Assembly (NCBI GenBank): GCA_943787795.1
Contig: CALSNU010000006.1
Location: 160,001 to 224,000, forward strand
DNA from: an uncultured bacterium
Lineage (GTDB): Bacteria > Planctomycetota > UBA1135 > GCA-002686595
DNA: 64,000 bases
Reading direction: 5' to 3'
Below the pieces are notes generated by a model that made no database searches, had not been told where the DNA came from, and saw only the letters and a program-made list of their open reading frames with translations. Below, piece by piece: positions 46,870 through 56,920 of the stretch. The position numbers and the translations under genes are program-made. How positions within the stretch are numbered: the first letter of the stretch is position 1; every line of letters starts with the position of its first letter.

Positions 46870-48187
46870 AGAGGACGTCAACAGCGCCCCACCGACGGGT
46901 GTGTCGACGGCCGCCATGTTCGACGAGGTTCGGCGAGAGCGCGGCGCCGCTGGGGCCCGTCGCGGCGCGGGCTGGAGGTTCTTCGGCCTGCTCGTGTTCG
47001 CGCTGGCCGTTTGGCTGATCTCTCGCAACATCAACTGGCACGACGAGGTGCGGGTCGAGAGCCGTTCCGGACAGGAGACACTCGTCCTCAGGGGGTCCAT
47101 CGAGAGCAACTGGAGAGCTCGCCCCATGGACTTCGTCAGCTCAGCGAGCGTCAAGGACCTGGATCTACGCCCTGGGCAGCGCCTGATCGTGGAGGACGGG
47201 CAGATCCTGAGCTCCTCGGGTGCGGTGCTCGTCAGCACCGGAGGAGCATCTGCAGCCCTGGAGGCCGATCTCATCGACGTCCGGCCAGGCCTCGCGGAGA
47301 CCCTGAGCGGCGTCGAGGCCAAGGAGCTGTGGATGGCCTTCGCCCTCCTGGCCCTCGCGTCCCTGGCCGTGGCCACGCGGTGGTGGCGGCTGCTGAGCGT
47401 CCACCGCTGTCCCACTCGCTGGCTAGACGCCGTGCGGTTCACTTATGTGGGGCTCTTCTTCAACGTGATCTTCCCGGGGTTCAACGGCGGCGATGTCGCG
47501 CGGGCCGTGGCCGTCGTCAAGCGTCACCCCACCCGTCGCCCCGAAGCGCTCATGAGCGTGGTCGTGGATCGCATCCTCGGGCTGGTGTCCATGGTGGTGA
47601 TCGGGACCGGCTTCGTCCTCTCTTGCGGGGACCGCGCCGCGGACCTCAAGCTCCCCGTCAGCGTGGCGGCCGCCGCCATGCTCGTTGGAGGCGCGGTCTT
47701 TTGCAGCGGGTCCGTGCGCCGCTGGATCCGCCTCGAGGCCCTCCTGGGCCGACTGCCCATGGGGGAGGCTCTCGCGCGCCTTGACCGGTCCGCACGGCTG
47801 GTGGTCTCCCGGCCCGCAGAGCTGGTCGGGGCCCTCTTGCTCTCCAGCCTGAATCACCTCCTGACCGGCGCCGCGGTCTCGTTTGTCGCGGCGGGGCTCG
47901 GGAGCCACCTTGGGTTCGCAGAGTGGATGTCCACGACGGCCATCGCCAACACCATCTCCGGCCTGCCGATCTCGCCGGGGGGCCTCGGAGTGGGGGAGCA
48001 CCTGTTCGGGTCCCTGGCGGCGGTCTTCGGCAGCACCTACGCCATGGGCGTGGCCACCAGCCTCATCTTCAGGCTCGGGCTCTACGGCCTCTCCATGCTG
48101 GGGGGCCTCGTGCTCCTGATCCCGGGACCGATCGTCGGGTCCACACCTGGATCGACCCCCGGGCCCGCAACGAATTCGCCCGCCTAG
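46856..48187 (+). CDS. lysylphosphatidylglycerol-synthase TM-domain (flippase-like) protein
   Basis: RWWRLL, YVGLFFNVIFPG..GGDVARA, SVVVDRILGL and LPISPGGLGVGE. Confidence 0.85.
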   Translation: MGTTEEDVNSAPPTGVSTAAMFDEVRRERGAAGARRGAGWRFFGLLVFALAVWLISRNINWHDEVRVESRSGQETLVLRGSIESNWRARPMDFVSSASVKDLDLRPGQRLIVEDGQILSSSGAVLVSTGGASAALEADLIDVRPGLAETLSGVEAKELWMAFALLALASLAVATRWWRLLSVHRCPTRWLDAVRFTYVGLFFNVIFPGFNGGDVARAVAVVKRHPTRRPEALMSVVVDRILGLVSMVVIGTGFVLSCGDRAADLKLPVSVAAAAMLVGGAVFCSGSVRRWIRLEALLGRLPMGEALARLDRSARLVVSRPAELVGALLLSSLNHLLTGAAVSFVAAGLGSHLGFAEWMSTTAIANTISGLPISPGGLGVGEHLFGSLAAVFGSTYAMGVATSLIFRLGLYGLSMLGGLVLLIPGPIVGSTPGSTPGPATNSPA

Positions 48188-48318
48188 CCCCCAAGGGGGA
48201 GCGCGTGGCGCGCGCCTCACATCGAACCCGTGGGCGGAATCGGGTGGTCCCTGGGGCTGCGACCTGATGGAATACCGGCCGGAACGCCCACGTCTTGCGC
48301 CCATTACCCCCCGCAGTC

Positions 48319-49221
48319 ATGTCTCTCGCCGTCATCGGAACCCTCGCCTACGACTCCGTCGAAACTGCCCACGACAGCCGTGAGAACGCGCTGGGTGGCT
48401 CGGCCATGTACTGCGCAGTGGCCGCCGCGCCCTACACCAAGCCTCGCCTTGTCGGCGTGGTGGGCGGGGACTTCAAGGACGAGCACATCGAGCTCATGCG
48501 TGGTCGAGGCATCTGCACCGAGGGACTCGAGGTCATCCCCGAGGGCAAGACGTTCCGCTGGGGTGGGCGCTATGAGCCCGACTGGAACACCCGCCACACC
48601 ACCTACACCGATCTCAACGTGCTGGGGGACTTCGACCCGAAGCTGCCCGACGGCTACCGCGACTCACGATTTGTCTTCCTCGCGAACGCACACCCCGCGG
48701 TCCAGCTCCAGGCGCTGGAGCAGGTCGAGGCCCCGGAGTTCTCCGTGGCGGACACCATGAACCTGTGGATTGACATCGCCCGCCCCGACCTCGACGCGCT
48801 GATGAAGCGCGTCGACGGACTCATCCTCAACGACGAGGAGGCGCGCATGCTCACCGGTGAGAACAACCTCATCCGCGCCGCGCAGCGCGTGCTGGAGCTT
48901 GGCCCGAAGGTGGTGATCCTGAAGAAGGGCGAGCACGGAGCCTTCATTATGGGCGAGGGGCTGCACTTCTCTCTTCCCGCCTATCCCGTCATCGAGGTGA
49001 TTGATCCGACGGGCGCGGGCGACTGCTTCGCTGGCGGCTTCATGGGCTATATCGCCAGCGTGGGGGACGCCTCACCAGAGACCCTGAAGCGGGCCATGCT
49101 CCACGGGACCGTTGCAGCGTCCTACTGCGTCCAGGGCTTCAGCGTCGAGGAAATCGCCAACCGCGAGCGCGCGGACTACGACGAGCGCTACCGGGATCTC
49201 CAGGCCATCGTGACCCTGTAG
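48319..49221 (+). CDS. PfkB-family carbohydrate/nucleoside kinase
   Basis: GTLAYDSVET, LGGSA, VGVVGGDF, NDEEA, KKGEHGA and DPTGAGDCFAGG. Confidence 0.92.
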   Translation: MSLAVIGTLAYDSVETAHDSRENALGGSAMYCAVAAAPYTKPRLVGVVGGDFKDEHIELMRGRGICTEGLEVIPEGKTFRWGGRYEPDWNTRHTTYTDLNVLGDFDPKLPDGYRDSRFVFLANAHPAVQLQALEQVEAPEFSVADTMNLWIDIARPDLDALMKRVDGLILNDEEARMLTGENNLIRAAQRVLELGPKVVILKKGEHGAFIMGEGLHFSLPAYPVIEVIDPTGAGDCFAGGFMGYIASVGDASPETLKRAMLHGTVAASYCVQGFSVEEIANRERADYDERYRDLQAIVTL

Positions 49222-49287
49222 CGCGGCGGCGAGAGGGCGCAGCCGCTCCGCGCAGGCCGGCGCGCTGAAACGGAGGCAGCCAGTCGT

Positions 49288-49312
49288 CGACCCGACCCGA
49301 CCCGACCCGACC
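49288..49312. repeat. (CGACC)5 microsatellite
   Basis: CGACCCGACCCGACCCGACCCGACC read directly from the sequence. Confidence 0.85.
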
Positions 49313-49354
49313 CGGGCATCCGCCAGAACACTGGCCGCAGGAGTGAAGGACCAG

Positions 49355-49476
49355 AAAAAACGAGGAGGCCCCGGCTCGCTTCCTTCCGGGACCTCCCCAG
49401 GGCTGATGACTCTCCAGTTCAACCCGAACGAACGGGCGATCCGACACCCGTTCCCCACCGAGTCCGCGCAGCCCGC
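49355..49476 (-). ncRNA. candidate GGA-rich small RNA
   Basis: Three hairpins with GGA in their loops, seven GGA in about 120 nt, terminal stem plus T6, upstream GG-N10-GC element. Confidence 0.45.
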
Positions 49477-49486
49477 CCGATCGGGG

Positions 49487-49502
49487 GCAGATTTGGCACC
49501 AA
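49487..49502 (-). promoter_or_regulatory. possible sigma54 (-24/-12) promoter
   Basis: TTGGTGCCAAATCTGC has GG-N10-GC spacing; the plus strand has an overlapping imperfect TGGCAC-N5-TTGA. Confidence 0.35.
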
Positions 49503-49616
49503 CTTTGACTTTTCGGGCCCAAGGGACCTCCAGCGCCGTCCCCCCGACGGCGTCACGCGGGCGGCAGGCAGCCGAACCCTCCACAGCAACCTCCAGGCGC
49601 TAACCGGCGGCACCAC

Positions 49617-49685
49617 GCCCACCACACAGGGCCCACCACACAGGGCCCACCACACCGGGCCCACCACACCGGGCCCACCACACCC
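49617..49685. repeat. five tandem 14-bp units (GCCCACCACACMGG)
   Basis: Units at 49617, 49631, 49645, 49659 and 49673, ending 4 nt before the thpR ATG. Confidence 0.9.
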
Positions 49686-49689
49686 ACGG

Positions 49690-50280
49690 ATGAAACGCCT
49701 ATTCCTAGCCCTGAGCATCGACGACGAGTTGGCGCGCCGGCTGGTCCGGGTCGCTCCGGAGTTCGAGGCTGAGTGCGGCCCCCTGGTGGTTCATGGTGAA
49801 GAGGACCTTCACCTGACGCTGTCGTTTCTCGGGGAGCTGAAGGAGGAGGATGTCCCAGGCGTTGTTCGCTCTGCTGGCGAGGAGTTTCGGGGGCTCTTCG
49901 CGCCTGAGCTGCAGCTCACGGGAGCCCTCGAGCTCCTCCCCGCCGGAGGTCTCTCCCCGAAGGCCCTCGCCGCGGTCGTGTCCGAGGTGGGGGACGGCTC
50001 GGGGCGGCTCCACGCCCTGAGGAATCGCGCCCAACAGGTCGCACTCTCGCGGCGGTGCGCGGCCCACCGCGGCGACCGCCGGCAGGCCTTCCGGCCCCAC
50101 GTGACCCTGGCGAGGCTCGACGGACCGCCTGCGGGCCCCTGCCGGGCACTCGAATCCGGGATCTCGAGGACCTGGACCGGATCCGAAGTGGCGCTCTGGG
50201 AGTCCCTCGCGGATCGAGCCGATGGAGGGCCGCGCTATCGACAGCTCTTCAGCTGGGGCCTGGCCATCGCGCCCAGCTAG
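49690..50280 (+). CDS. thpR: RNA 2',3'-cyclic phosphodiesterase (2H family)
   Basis: MKRLFLAL, DLHLTLSFLG and FRPHVTLAR (two HxT motifs); upstream of recA. Confidence 0.88.
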   Translation: MKRLFLALSIDDELARRLVRVAPEFEAECGPLVVHGEEDLHLTLSFLGELKEEDVPGVVRSAGEEFRGLFAPELQLTGALELLPAGGLSPKALAAVVSEVGDGSGRLHALRNRAQQVALSRRCAAHRGDRRQAFRPHVTLARLDGPPAGPCRALESGISRTWTGSEVALWESLADRADGGPRYRQLFSWGLAIAPS

Positions 50281-50442
50281 CAAGCTGCAAAGCGCCCGCC
50301 GTAACCCCCACGCGGCTCGACCGTCAAAGGTTGGCCGAGACGAAAAACAGCTAGGCCATTCCATCCGGACGCCTGAGACGCTATACCGAACGGACACCGA
50401 ACATCCGTGACCGGCCGCACCACCGCAACAGGAGCATCCAAC

Positions 50443-51621
50443 GTGAATCGATCCAAGCCCCCCAAATCCAAGATCCCCACCCGTGGGATCAACAACAACG
50501 ACGGAACCCTCGCGGGTCGCGAGAAGGCGATCACCGCCGCCGTCGGTGAGATTGAGAAGAGCTACGGCGTCGGCTCAATCATGCGCCTCGGCGCCCAGGG
50601 CGACCTGATGCGGAAGATCGAGGGCATCTCGACGGGCTCCATCAACCTGGACCTCGCTCTCGGCGGAAAGGGGCTGCCGAAGGGCCGCATCGTCGAGATC
50701 TACGGACCGGAGAGCTCGGGTAAGACCACCCTGACCCTGCACACCATCGCCGAGGCGCAGAAGCAGGGAGGCGTTTGCGCCTTCGTGGACGCCGAGCACG
50801 CTCTCGATCCCTCGTACGCCCGAAAGCTCGGGGTGAAGCTCGAGGACCTACTCGTCAGCCAGCCCGACACGGGCGAGCAAGCGCTCGAGATCGTCGAGAC
50901 CCTGGTCCGCTCGAACGCGGTGGACATCGTCGTGATCGACTCGGTCGCGGCGCTGGTTCCTCGCGCCGAGATCGAGGGCGAGATGGGCGACAGCTTTGTC
51001 GGACTCCACGCCAGGCTGATGAGCCAGGGCTTGCGCAAGCTCACGGGCGCCATCGCCAAGTCGAACTGCCTCGTGCTGTTCATCAACCAGATCCGAGAGA
51101 AGATCGGTGTGATGTTCGGTAGCCCCGAGACGACCACGGGCGGACGCGCGCTCAAGTTCTATTCGTCCGTTCGCCTTGATATCCGACGGATCGGACAGCT
51201 CAAGGATGGTGAGAACGTCGTGGGCAACCGCACCAAGGTGACGGTGGTCAAGAACAAGGTCGCTCCGCCCTTCCGCAAGATCGAGTTCGACATCCTCTTC
51301 AATCGAGGCGTGTCCAAGGAAGGAGAGCTCCTCGACCTCGGGATGAAGGCCGACGTGGTCCTTCGGTCGGGTACGTGGTACTCCATGAAGCACCCCTCGG
51401 ACGGTGAGATCCGGCTGGGCCAGGGAATGGAGCGGAGCCGTCAGTTCCTGATGGATAACCCGGATCTCGCAGCCGTGATCGAGGAGGCCATCCGCGCCAA
51501 GTTTGCGCCTGCCCCCGAGGTGGAGGCTGAGACCGAGCCCGAGGCCACCGCGGACCCCGCCCCGGCGGAGCCGGCGCCGCCGAAGAAGAAGGGCGCAGGC
51601 GCCGCTTCAGCCTCCAAGTAG
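50443..51621 (+). CDS. recA: recombinase RecA
   Basis: [61 protein letters not shown] start preceded by AGGAG. Confidence 0.99.
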   Translation: MNRSKPPKSKIPTRGINNNDGTLAGREKAITAAVGEIEKSYGVGSIMRLGAQGDLMRKIEGISTGSINLDLALGGKGLPKGRIVEIYGPESSGKTTLTLHTIAEAQKQGGVCAFVDAEHALDPSYARKLGVKLEDLLVSQPDTGEQALEIVETLVRSNAVDIVVIDSVAALVPRAEIEGEMGDSFVGLHARLMSQGLRKLTGAIAKSNCLVLFINQIREKIGVMFGSPETTTGGRALKFYSSVRLDIRRIGQLKDGENVVGNRTKVTVVKNKVAPPFRKIEFDILFNRGVSKEGELLDLGMKADVVLRSGTWYSMKHPSDGEIRLGQGMERSRQFLMDNPDLAAVIEEAIRAKFAPAPEVEAETEPEATADPAPAEPAPPKKKGAGAASASK

Positions 51622-51640
51622 GGGCCGATCCCGGCTCGTG

Positions 51641-51680
51641 GGGAAGCGCGTTGGCCATCATCGGCCAGCGCGCTTTCTCT
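51641..51680 (+). terminator. recA terminator
   Basis: GAAGCGCGTTGGCC-ATCATC-GGCCAGCGCGCTTT followed by CTCT. Confidence 0.7.
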
Positions 51681-51801
51681 GCGTTAGGCCGGCCCGTGGC
51701 GGTCCTTGAGCACTCGCATGCCTTGGGGATTTTACCTCCCTGCCGGACCGGCTCGGCGACAGGGCTCTGGCCTGCCCAGCGGCCGGGGCTGCTGGCACCA
51801 C

Positions 51802-51896
51802 GGCGTCCGGGCCCGTGCTTGGTCGGCGTCCGGGTCCATGTCTCTTAGGCGTCCGGGTCGCCGCCTGGTCGGCGAGCGGGTCCGTGCGCGGTCGGC
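51802..51896. repeat. four degenerate 23-bp tandem units
   Basis: GGCGTCCGGG-like heads at 51802, 51825, 51848 and 51871. Confidence 0.7.
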
Positions 51897-52610
51897 AACC
51901 GAAGCGGCGCGTCGAGCGGGGCCAGCCGGCCGCTGCGCGGTGGCGTCCCGAAGGGCGCCGGGGCGAAAGGCGCTTGCCCCTCCAGGCACTGCAGGCCGGC
52001 CCATGAGCCCGTCATGACGTTCGAAGCCTCGGGGGACCACCCGACGGCCCCTGGTCTCAGGGGCGAAGGGTAGAGGCCAAGCCCCTTGCGGCGCCTCGGT
52101 AGAGCGGACAACGCCCCTTGTCATGGGCATCGGCCGGAACGGCCCTAGCCACGCCCTGGCCCGGTAAGCACCGCCACGGCAAGTGGCGAGGACGGGCGAC
52201 CGTGCCCCTTCGAGCCGCTCGTGGCCTCCCGCCAAGTCAGCCCCACGTCGAGCCGTTGGATGCGGTCGCGGGGGGGGGCAGGCGAGCATGCGCGAGGTGG
52301 CGGGGCGGCGCCGGTTGGGCAGAACACGCTGGAGAGGGGCAGGGGCCCCCGGGCCCGCGGGCGCAAGACACGGCCCAGCTGCCCGTCACCGCGGCCGAGT
52401 GACGGATCTGGCCAGGTGTCGTCAGACCGTGAACGTGCCTCTTCGCGCCACGGCGCGGGGATTCTGGCCCCTGGGGACCATTCAGGCAGGGAACCGCTCC
52501 CGAGGCTCGCTATGATCCCGGGCTTCGAAACGTCTTGCTCCCCGGCCCACTTCTTCTCGACCCGCAGCCAGCGGTTGCGGCGCCCTGATCCCATGAGTTC
52601 TGGCGACGTC

Positions 52611-55307
52611 ATGTCCTTCACTGCCGCGCGCGTCCGTAAAGAGTTCCTCGAGTTCTTCGAGGAGCGAGGTCATCGAGTGGTGCCGTCGGCTCCCGTCTTC
52701 CCCCAGGACGATCCCACCCTGCTCTTCACGAACGCAGGGATGAACCAGTTCAAGGACGTCTTTCTCGGCACCGGGTCCAGGAAGTACAGCCGAGCGGTGG
52801 ACACTCAGAAGTGCATTCGCGTGCAAGGCAAGCACAACGACCTCGAGGAGGTGGGACGCGACACGTACCACCACACGTTCTTCGAGATGCTCGGGAACTG
52901 GTCCTTTGGAGACTACTTCAAAGAGGACGCCATCCAGTGGTCGTGGACACTGCTGACCGAGGTGTGGGGGCTACCCAAGGACCGCCTGTGGGTCACGGTC
53001 TTCGCCGGGGACGCCTCGGATGGGCTGCCCGCCGACGAGGAGACGGAGCGCATCTGGAAGGAAAAGACGGACATCGACCCCGCCCACGTCCTGCGGTTTG
53101 ATCGCACCGACAACTTCTGGGAGATGGGGGAGACGGGGCCCTGTGGGCCCTGCACCGAGATCCACATCGACCGGGGTGGCCCCGAGACTGACCCCAACGA
53201 CGGGGCGGACCTCGCGGAGGGCGTCAACGCAGGCAACGAGCGCTTCATCGAGCTCTGGAACAACGTGTTCATCCAGTTCAATCGCCAGGACGACGGGAGC
53301 CTGGTGGAATTGCCGTCCAAGCACGTGGACACGGGCATGGGCTTCGAGCGAGTCCTCGCCGTGCTGCAGGGCAAGTCCTCCAACTACGACACCGACCTCT
53401 TCACGCCGATCTTCGAGGCCATCGAGCAGGCCACCGGCAAGACCTACGGGCGGAGCTTCGACGGCGAGGCCGATGTGGCCTTCCGGGTATGCGCGGACCA
53501 TGTCCGGGCGTTCACCGCCGCGGTCGCGGACGGGGTCGCGCCGAGCAACGAGGGACGCGGCTACGTGCTTCGCCGCCTCGTCCGGCGCGCAAGCCGCTAC
53601 GGCCTCCAGCACCTGGACGCGAGGGAGCCCTTCCTGCACGCGGTGGTCCCGGCCGTGGTCGAGGTGCTCGGGGACTCATTCCCCGAGATGCGGACACGGC
53701 TGGAGCACGTCCAGCTCGTGATGCGAACCGAGGAGGAGTCCTTCCGCAAGACGCTGGATCGAGGCCTCGTCCAGTTCGAGAAGCTCAAGAAGTCCACCGC
53801 GGGTGACGTCATCAATGGAGCCGACGCGTACGAGCTCTACGCCACGTTCGGCTTCCCCCAGGACCTCGTCGAGCTGATGGCCCGCGAGAACGGGCTCAGC
53901 GTGGACGGCGACGGGTGGGAGTCCGCTCGGGCGGCCCACAGTGAGGTCTCCAAGAGCGAGGGGAGCTTCAAGCAGATCCTCTCCGGCGAGGAAGCCGCCG
54001 GCATCGACGGGACTCGGACCGTGTACCACGAGGACGCGGGTGGCCGGACGCAGAGCGAGGGCAAGGTCCTGCGCTTCATCCCGGGCTCCGACGGTCGCGC
54101 CGACCGGCTGGTTCTGGACTGCACCGCCTTCTACGGGGAGTCGGGCGGCCAGGTCGGCGACTCGGGCATCATCGAATCCCAGGACGGCACCTTCCGTTTC
54201 GTCGTGGAGGACACCCGGAAGATCGGCGACATCCACGTTCACTTTGGCACCACCGACGGCGCGCCCGAGGTCGGCAAGGGGGCCATCTGCCTTGTGGACG
54301 CCGAGCGCCGGGCTTCCATCCGCGCCAACCACACGGCGACGCACCTCTTGCACCAGGCCCTGAGGGAGACCCTCGGCGACCACGTGGCCCAGGCCGGCTC
54401 GTATGTGGGGCCTGACAGGCTCCGGTTCGACATCAGCCACCCCACCCAGATCACGGATGAGGAGGTGCTGCGCGTTGAGGATGCCGTGAACGAGCACATC
54501 GCGCGGAATCTCCGGGTGAGCACCACGGAGGAGACCCCCGATGAGGCCAAGGCGCGTGGCGCGCAGGCTTTGTTCGGTGAGAAGTACGGGGACGTCGTGC
54601 GCGTGGTCGCCATCGACGGCGACGAGGCGCAACGGCCCTCGTCCCTCGAGCTGTGCGGGGGGACTCACGTGGAGAGCACCGGCGAGATCGGCCCCTTCAT
54701 CGTGATTTCAGAGCGCGCCGTCGCTGCCGGGGTCAGGCGCATCGAGGCTCTGACCCGCCAGGGTGCGATCGCCGCGTTCCAGGAGCAGCGCCGCCTCCTG
54801 AAGGAGGTTTCGAGTCAGCTCAAGGCGTCGGTGGAGGAGATCCCTGGCCGGGTCGCCCAGCTCCAGAAGCAGGTCAAGGAGGCCAAGAAGCAGAAGAAGT
54901 CCGCCTCCGGCGACGCCGTCGGACGGGCCTTCGAGCGGGTCCAGGCTGAATTTGAATCCCGTGGCGGGGTCTTCGCCGGGGCCATGGACCTTGCGGACCT
55001 CGACCGAGACTCGTTGAGGCTCCTCGGAGACCGCGTCAAGGGCGCCCACCGGGATCACGCCGTGGTGCTCCTGGGCCGCGGCGAGCCCGGCGTCGACAGC
55101 AGCGGCATCCCCTTTGTGGCCCTCTGCGGGGGTCAGGGGCTCGAGAAGGGGCTCAAGGCCGGTCAGCTGGCGGGCCTGGTGCGAGGGCACCTTGGCGGTG
55201 GGGGCGGCGGCCGACCGGAGACCGCCCAGGGTCAGGGCGAGCGCGCATCTGGTATCCCTGCGGCCATCCAGGAGCTGGTCGAGGCCTTCTCGGCGGCCCT
55301 CCGGTGA
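52611..55307 (+). CDS. alaS: alanine--tRNA ligase
   Basis: DPTLLFTNAGMNQFK, HHTFFEMLGNWSFGDYFK, DTGMGFER, NHTATHLL, ELCGGTHV and GGGGG; alternative ATG at 52593. Confidence 0.98.
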   Translation: MSFTAARVRKEFLEFFEERGHRVVPSAPVFPQDDPTLLFTNAGMNQFKDVFLGTGSRKYSRAVDTQKCIRVQGKHNDLEEVGRDTYHHTFFEMLGNWSFGDYFKEDAIQWSWTLLTEVWGLPKDRLWVTVFAGDASDGLPADEETERIWKEKTDIDPAHVLRFDRTDNFWEMGETGPCGPCTEIHIDRGGPETDPNDGADLAEGVNAGNERFIELWNNVFIQFNRQDDGSLVELPSKHVDTGMGFERVLAVLQGKSSNYDTDLFTPIFEAIEQATGKTYGRSFDGEADVAFRVCADHVRAFTAAVADGVAPSNEGRGYVLRRLVRRASRYGLQHLDAREPFLHAVVPAVVEVLGDSFPEMRTRLEHVQLVMRTEEESFRKTLDRGLVQFEKLKKSTAGDVINGADAYELYATFGFPQDLVELMARENGLSVDGDGWESARAAHSEVSKSEGSFKQILSGEEAAGIDGTRTVYHEDAGGRTQSEGKVLRFIPGSDGRADRLVLDCTAFYGESGGQVGDSGIIESQDGTFRFVVEDTRKIGDIHVHFGTTDGAPEVGKGAICLVDAERRASIRANHTATHLLHQALRETLGDHVAQAGSYVGPDRLRFDISHPTQITDEEVLRVEDAVNEHIARNLRVSTTEETPDEAKARGAQALFGEKYGDVVRVVAIDGDEAQRPSSLELCGGTHVESTGEIGPFIVISERAVAAGVRRIEALTRQGAIAAFQEQRRLLKEVSSQLKASVEEIPGRVAQLQKQVKEAKKQKKSASGDAVGRAFERVQAEFESRGGVFAGAMDLADLDRDSLRLLGDRVKGAHRDHAVVLLGRGEPGVDSSGIPFVALCGGQGLEKGLKAGQLAGLVRGHLGGGGGGRPETAQGQGERASGIPAAIQELVEAFSAALR

Positions 55308-55455
55308 ACCCCGGCCGGGCGTCAAACAGACGCCAGGGCAGATTCTTTCCCCAGGCGTGGGCCCAGGGGTTGGACCCGCGGACCCTCAGCCGATAACATT
55401 TTCCGCTCGGATCGCCGATCGGCGCCCCGGATCAAAGCACGCTCAACACCCGAAG

Positions 55456-55665
55456 ATGGCACACCCCAAGCGCAGGACCTCGAAGTCCGCCAAGAACAAG
55501 CGTCGGTCTCACCTGTCGCTCAACGCCCCTCAGGCACACCACTGCCCGAGGTCCGGCGTCCTCACTCGCTCACATCGCATGAGCGAGGACGCGACCCACT
55601 ACGGGTTCGAGAAGGGCGGACAGAAGGGCCGCGAGGTCTTCCAGAAGGACGACTCGGACTTCTGA
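55456..55665 (+). CDS. rpmF: 50S ribosomal protein L32
   Basis: MAHPKRRTSKSAKNKRRSH; upstream of plsX. Confidence 0.93.
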   Translation: MAHPKRRTSKSAKNKRRSHLSLNAPQAHHCPRSGVLTRSHRMSEDATHYGFEKGGQKGREVFQKDDSDF

Positions 55666-55809
55666 TCCGATCGGCGGGGTGCGCGGCCTTTGCCCGGTCC
55701 CGTGAACTCCGCGCGCGATGACCCTGCTGACGGTTCGCCTAAGGCGCCGGCAGAGAGGTTTAGCGTAGCTGCTCACCTGCTCACCCGCTCTTCCGGTCCC
55801 GAACGGCCC

Positions 55810-56811
55810 ATGGATCAACCTGATCGAATCGCGCTGGACGCCATGGGGGGCGACTCCGCCCCGGCGTGCAACCTGGACGGCGCACTGCTGGCCGTCGAGC
55901 GTGGCGTGCCCGCCGAGCGCATCCTCTTGGTGGGACGCGAGGACGAGATCCGCGCCGGCCTGGAGGAGCGTGGGGGGAACCCTGGATTCGCAACTCTCCA
56001 TGCGGACGAGGTGATCGCGATGGATGAGAAGCCGGCCGTGGCGCTGCGCTCCAAGCCGGGTTCATCCATCGGCGTCGCCACCGGGGCCGTCAAGGCCGGA
56101 TTGGCGGGCGCTCACGTCAGCATGGGGAACACCGGGGCGGTGGTGGGCGCGGCGACGGTGGGTCTCAAGACCCTCGAGGGCGTGCGGCGTCCGGGAATCG
56201 CCGTCACGGTGCGCCTCACGGGCAAGCCGGTCACCATCCTGGACATGGGGGCCAACGTGGTCCCCAAGCCAGAGCACCTGCTCCAGTACGGCCACATGGG
56301 CGCGGTCCTCATGCGCGATGTGGTGAAGAGTGAGCGCACCCGGGTCGCCCTCCTGAACATCGGCGAGGAGTCTTCAAAGGGCACCGACCTGCTCCGTGAG
56401 GCCCACGCCGCCCTGAGCGAGTCCGACCTCGACTTCATCGGGAACATCGAGAGCAACGAGATCTTCGGCGACACCGCCGAGGTCGTCGTGACGGACGGCT
56501 ATACCGGCAACGTGGTCCTGAAGCTGATGGAGGGCTTCTCCAGCTTCCTCCTCGGGCTGGTCGGGCGCGAGATGGCCGCCCACGGCGCCGAGTGGGCCCC
56601 CGAGGTCCTCGGCACAGTGCGCAAGAAGGTGGACTACTCGGAGTACGGTGGCGCCCTGCTCCTCGGCGTCCGTGGCGTCGTGGTGATTGGGCATGGGCGC
56701 TCGGACGCCCGCGCCGTCTCCAATGCCATCGAGCTTGCTGGCCGAGCGCTCGACGCTGACGTCAACGGAAAGATCGTTCAGGGTCTCTCCGATCGCGCGC
56801 CGTCGACCTGA
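55810..56811 (+). CDS. plsX: phosphate acyltransferase PlsX
   Basis: IALDAMGGD, SMGNTGA, LDMGAN, LLNIGEESSKG, VVTDGYTGN and GHGRS. Confidence 0.96.
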   Translation: MDQPDRIALDAMGGDSAPACNLDGALLAVERGVPAERILLVGREDEIRAGLEERGGNPGFATLHADEVIAMDEKPAVALRSKPGSSIGVATGAVKAGLAGAHVSMGNTGAVVGAATVGLKTLEGVRRPGIAVTVRLTGKPVTILDMGANVVPKPEHLLQYGHMGAVLMRDVVKSERTRVALLNIGEESSKGTDLLREAHAALSESDLDFIGNIESNEIFGDTAEVVVTDGYTGNVVLKLMEGFSSFLLGLVGREMAAHGAEWAPEVLGTVRKKVDYSEYGGALLLGVRGVVVIGHGRSDARAVSNAIELAGRALDADVNGKIVQGLSDRAPST

Positions 56812-56920
56812 TTGCGACCAGTAGCGGCGGCTGGCCGTTGATCACGGGGCCCTCGTTTCCGATCATCTGGCTCCCCCGGCGCGGATCGCGCCCCGAGCTC
56901 CTTCCTTATCCCCAATCAGT

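Noticed and set aside
16352..51896. Short repeat arrays as possible CRISPR arrays
   Set aside because: The units are directly tandem without unique 25-45-nt spacers, and no cas genes are present.
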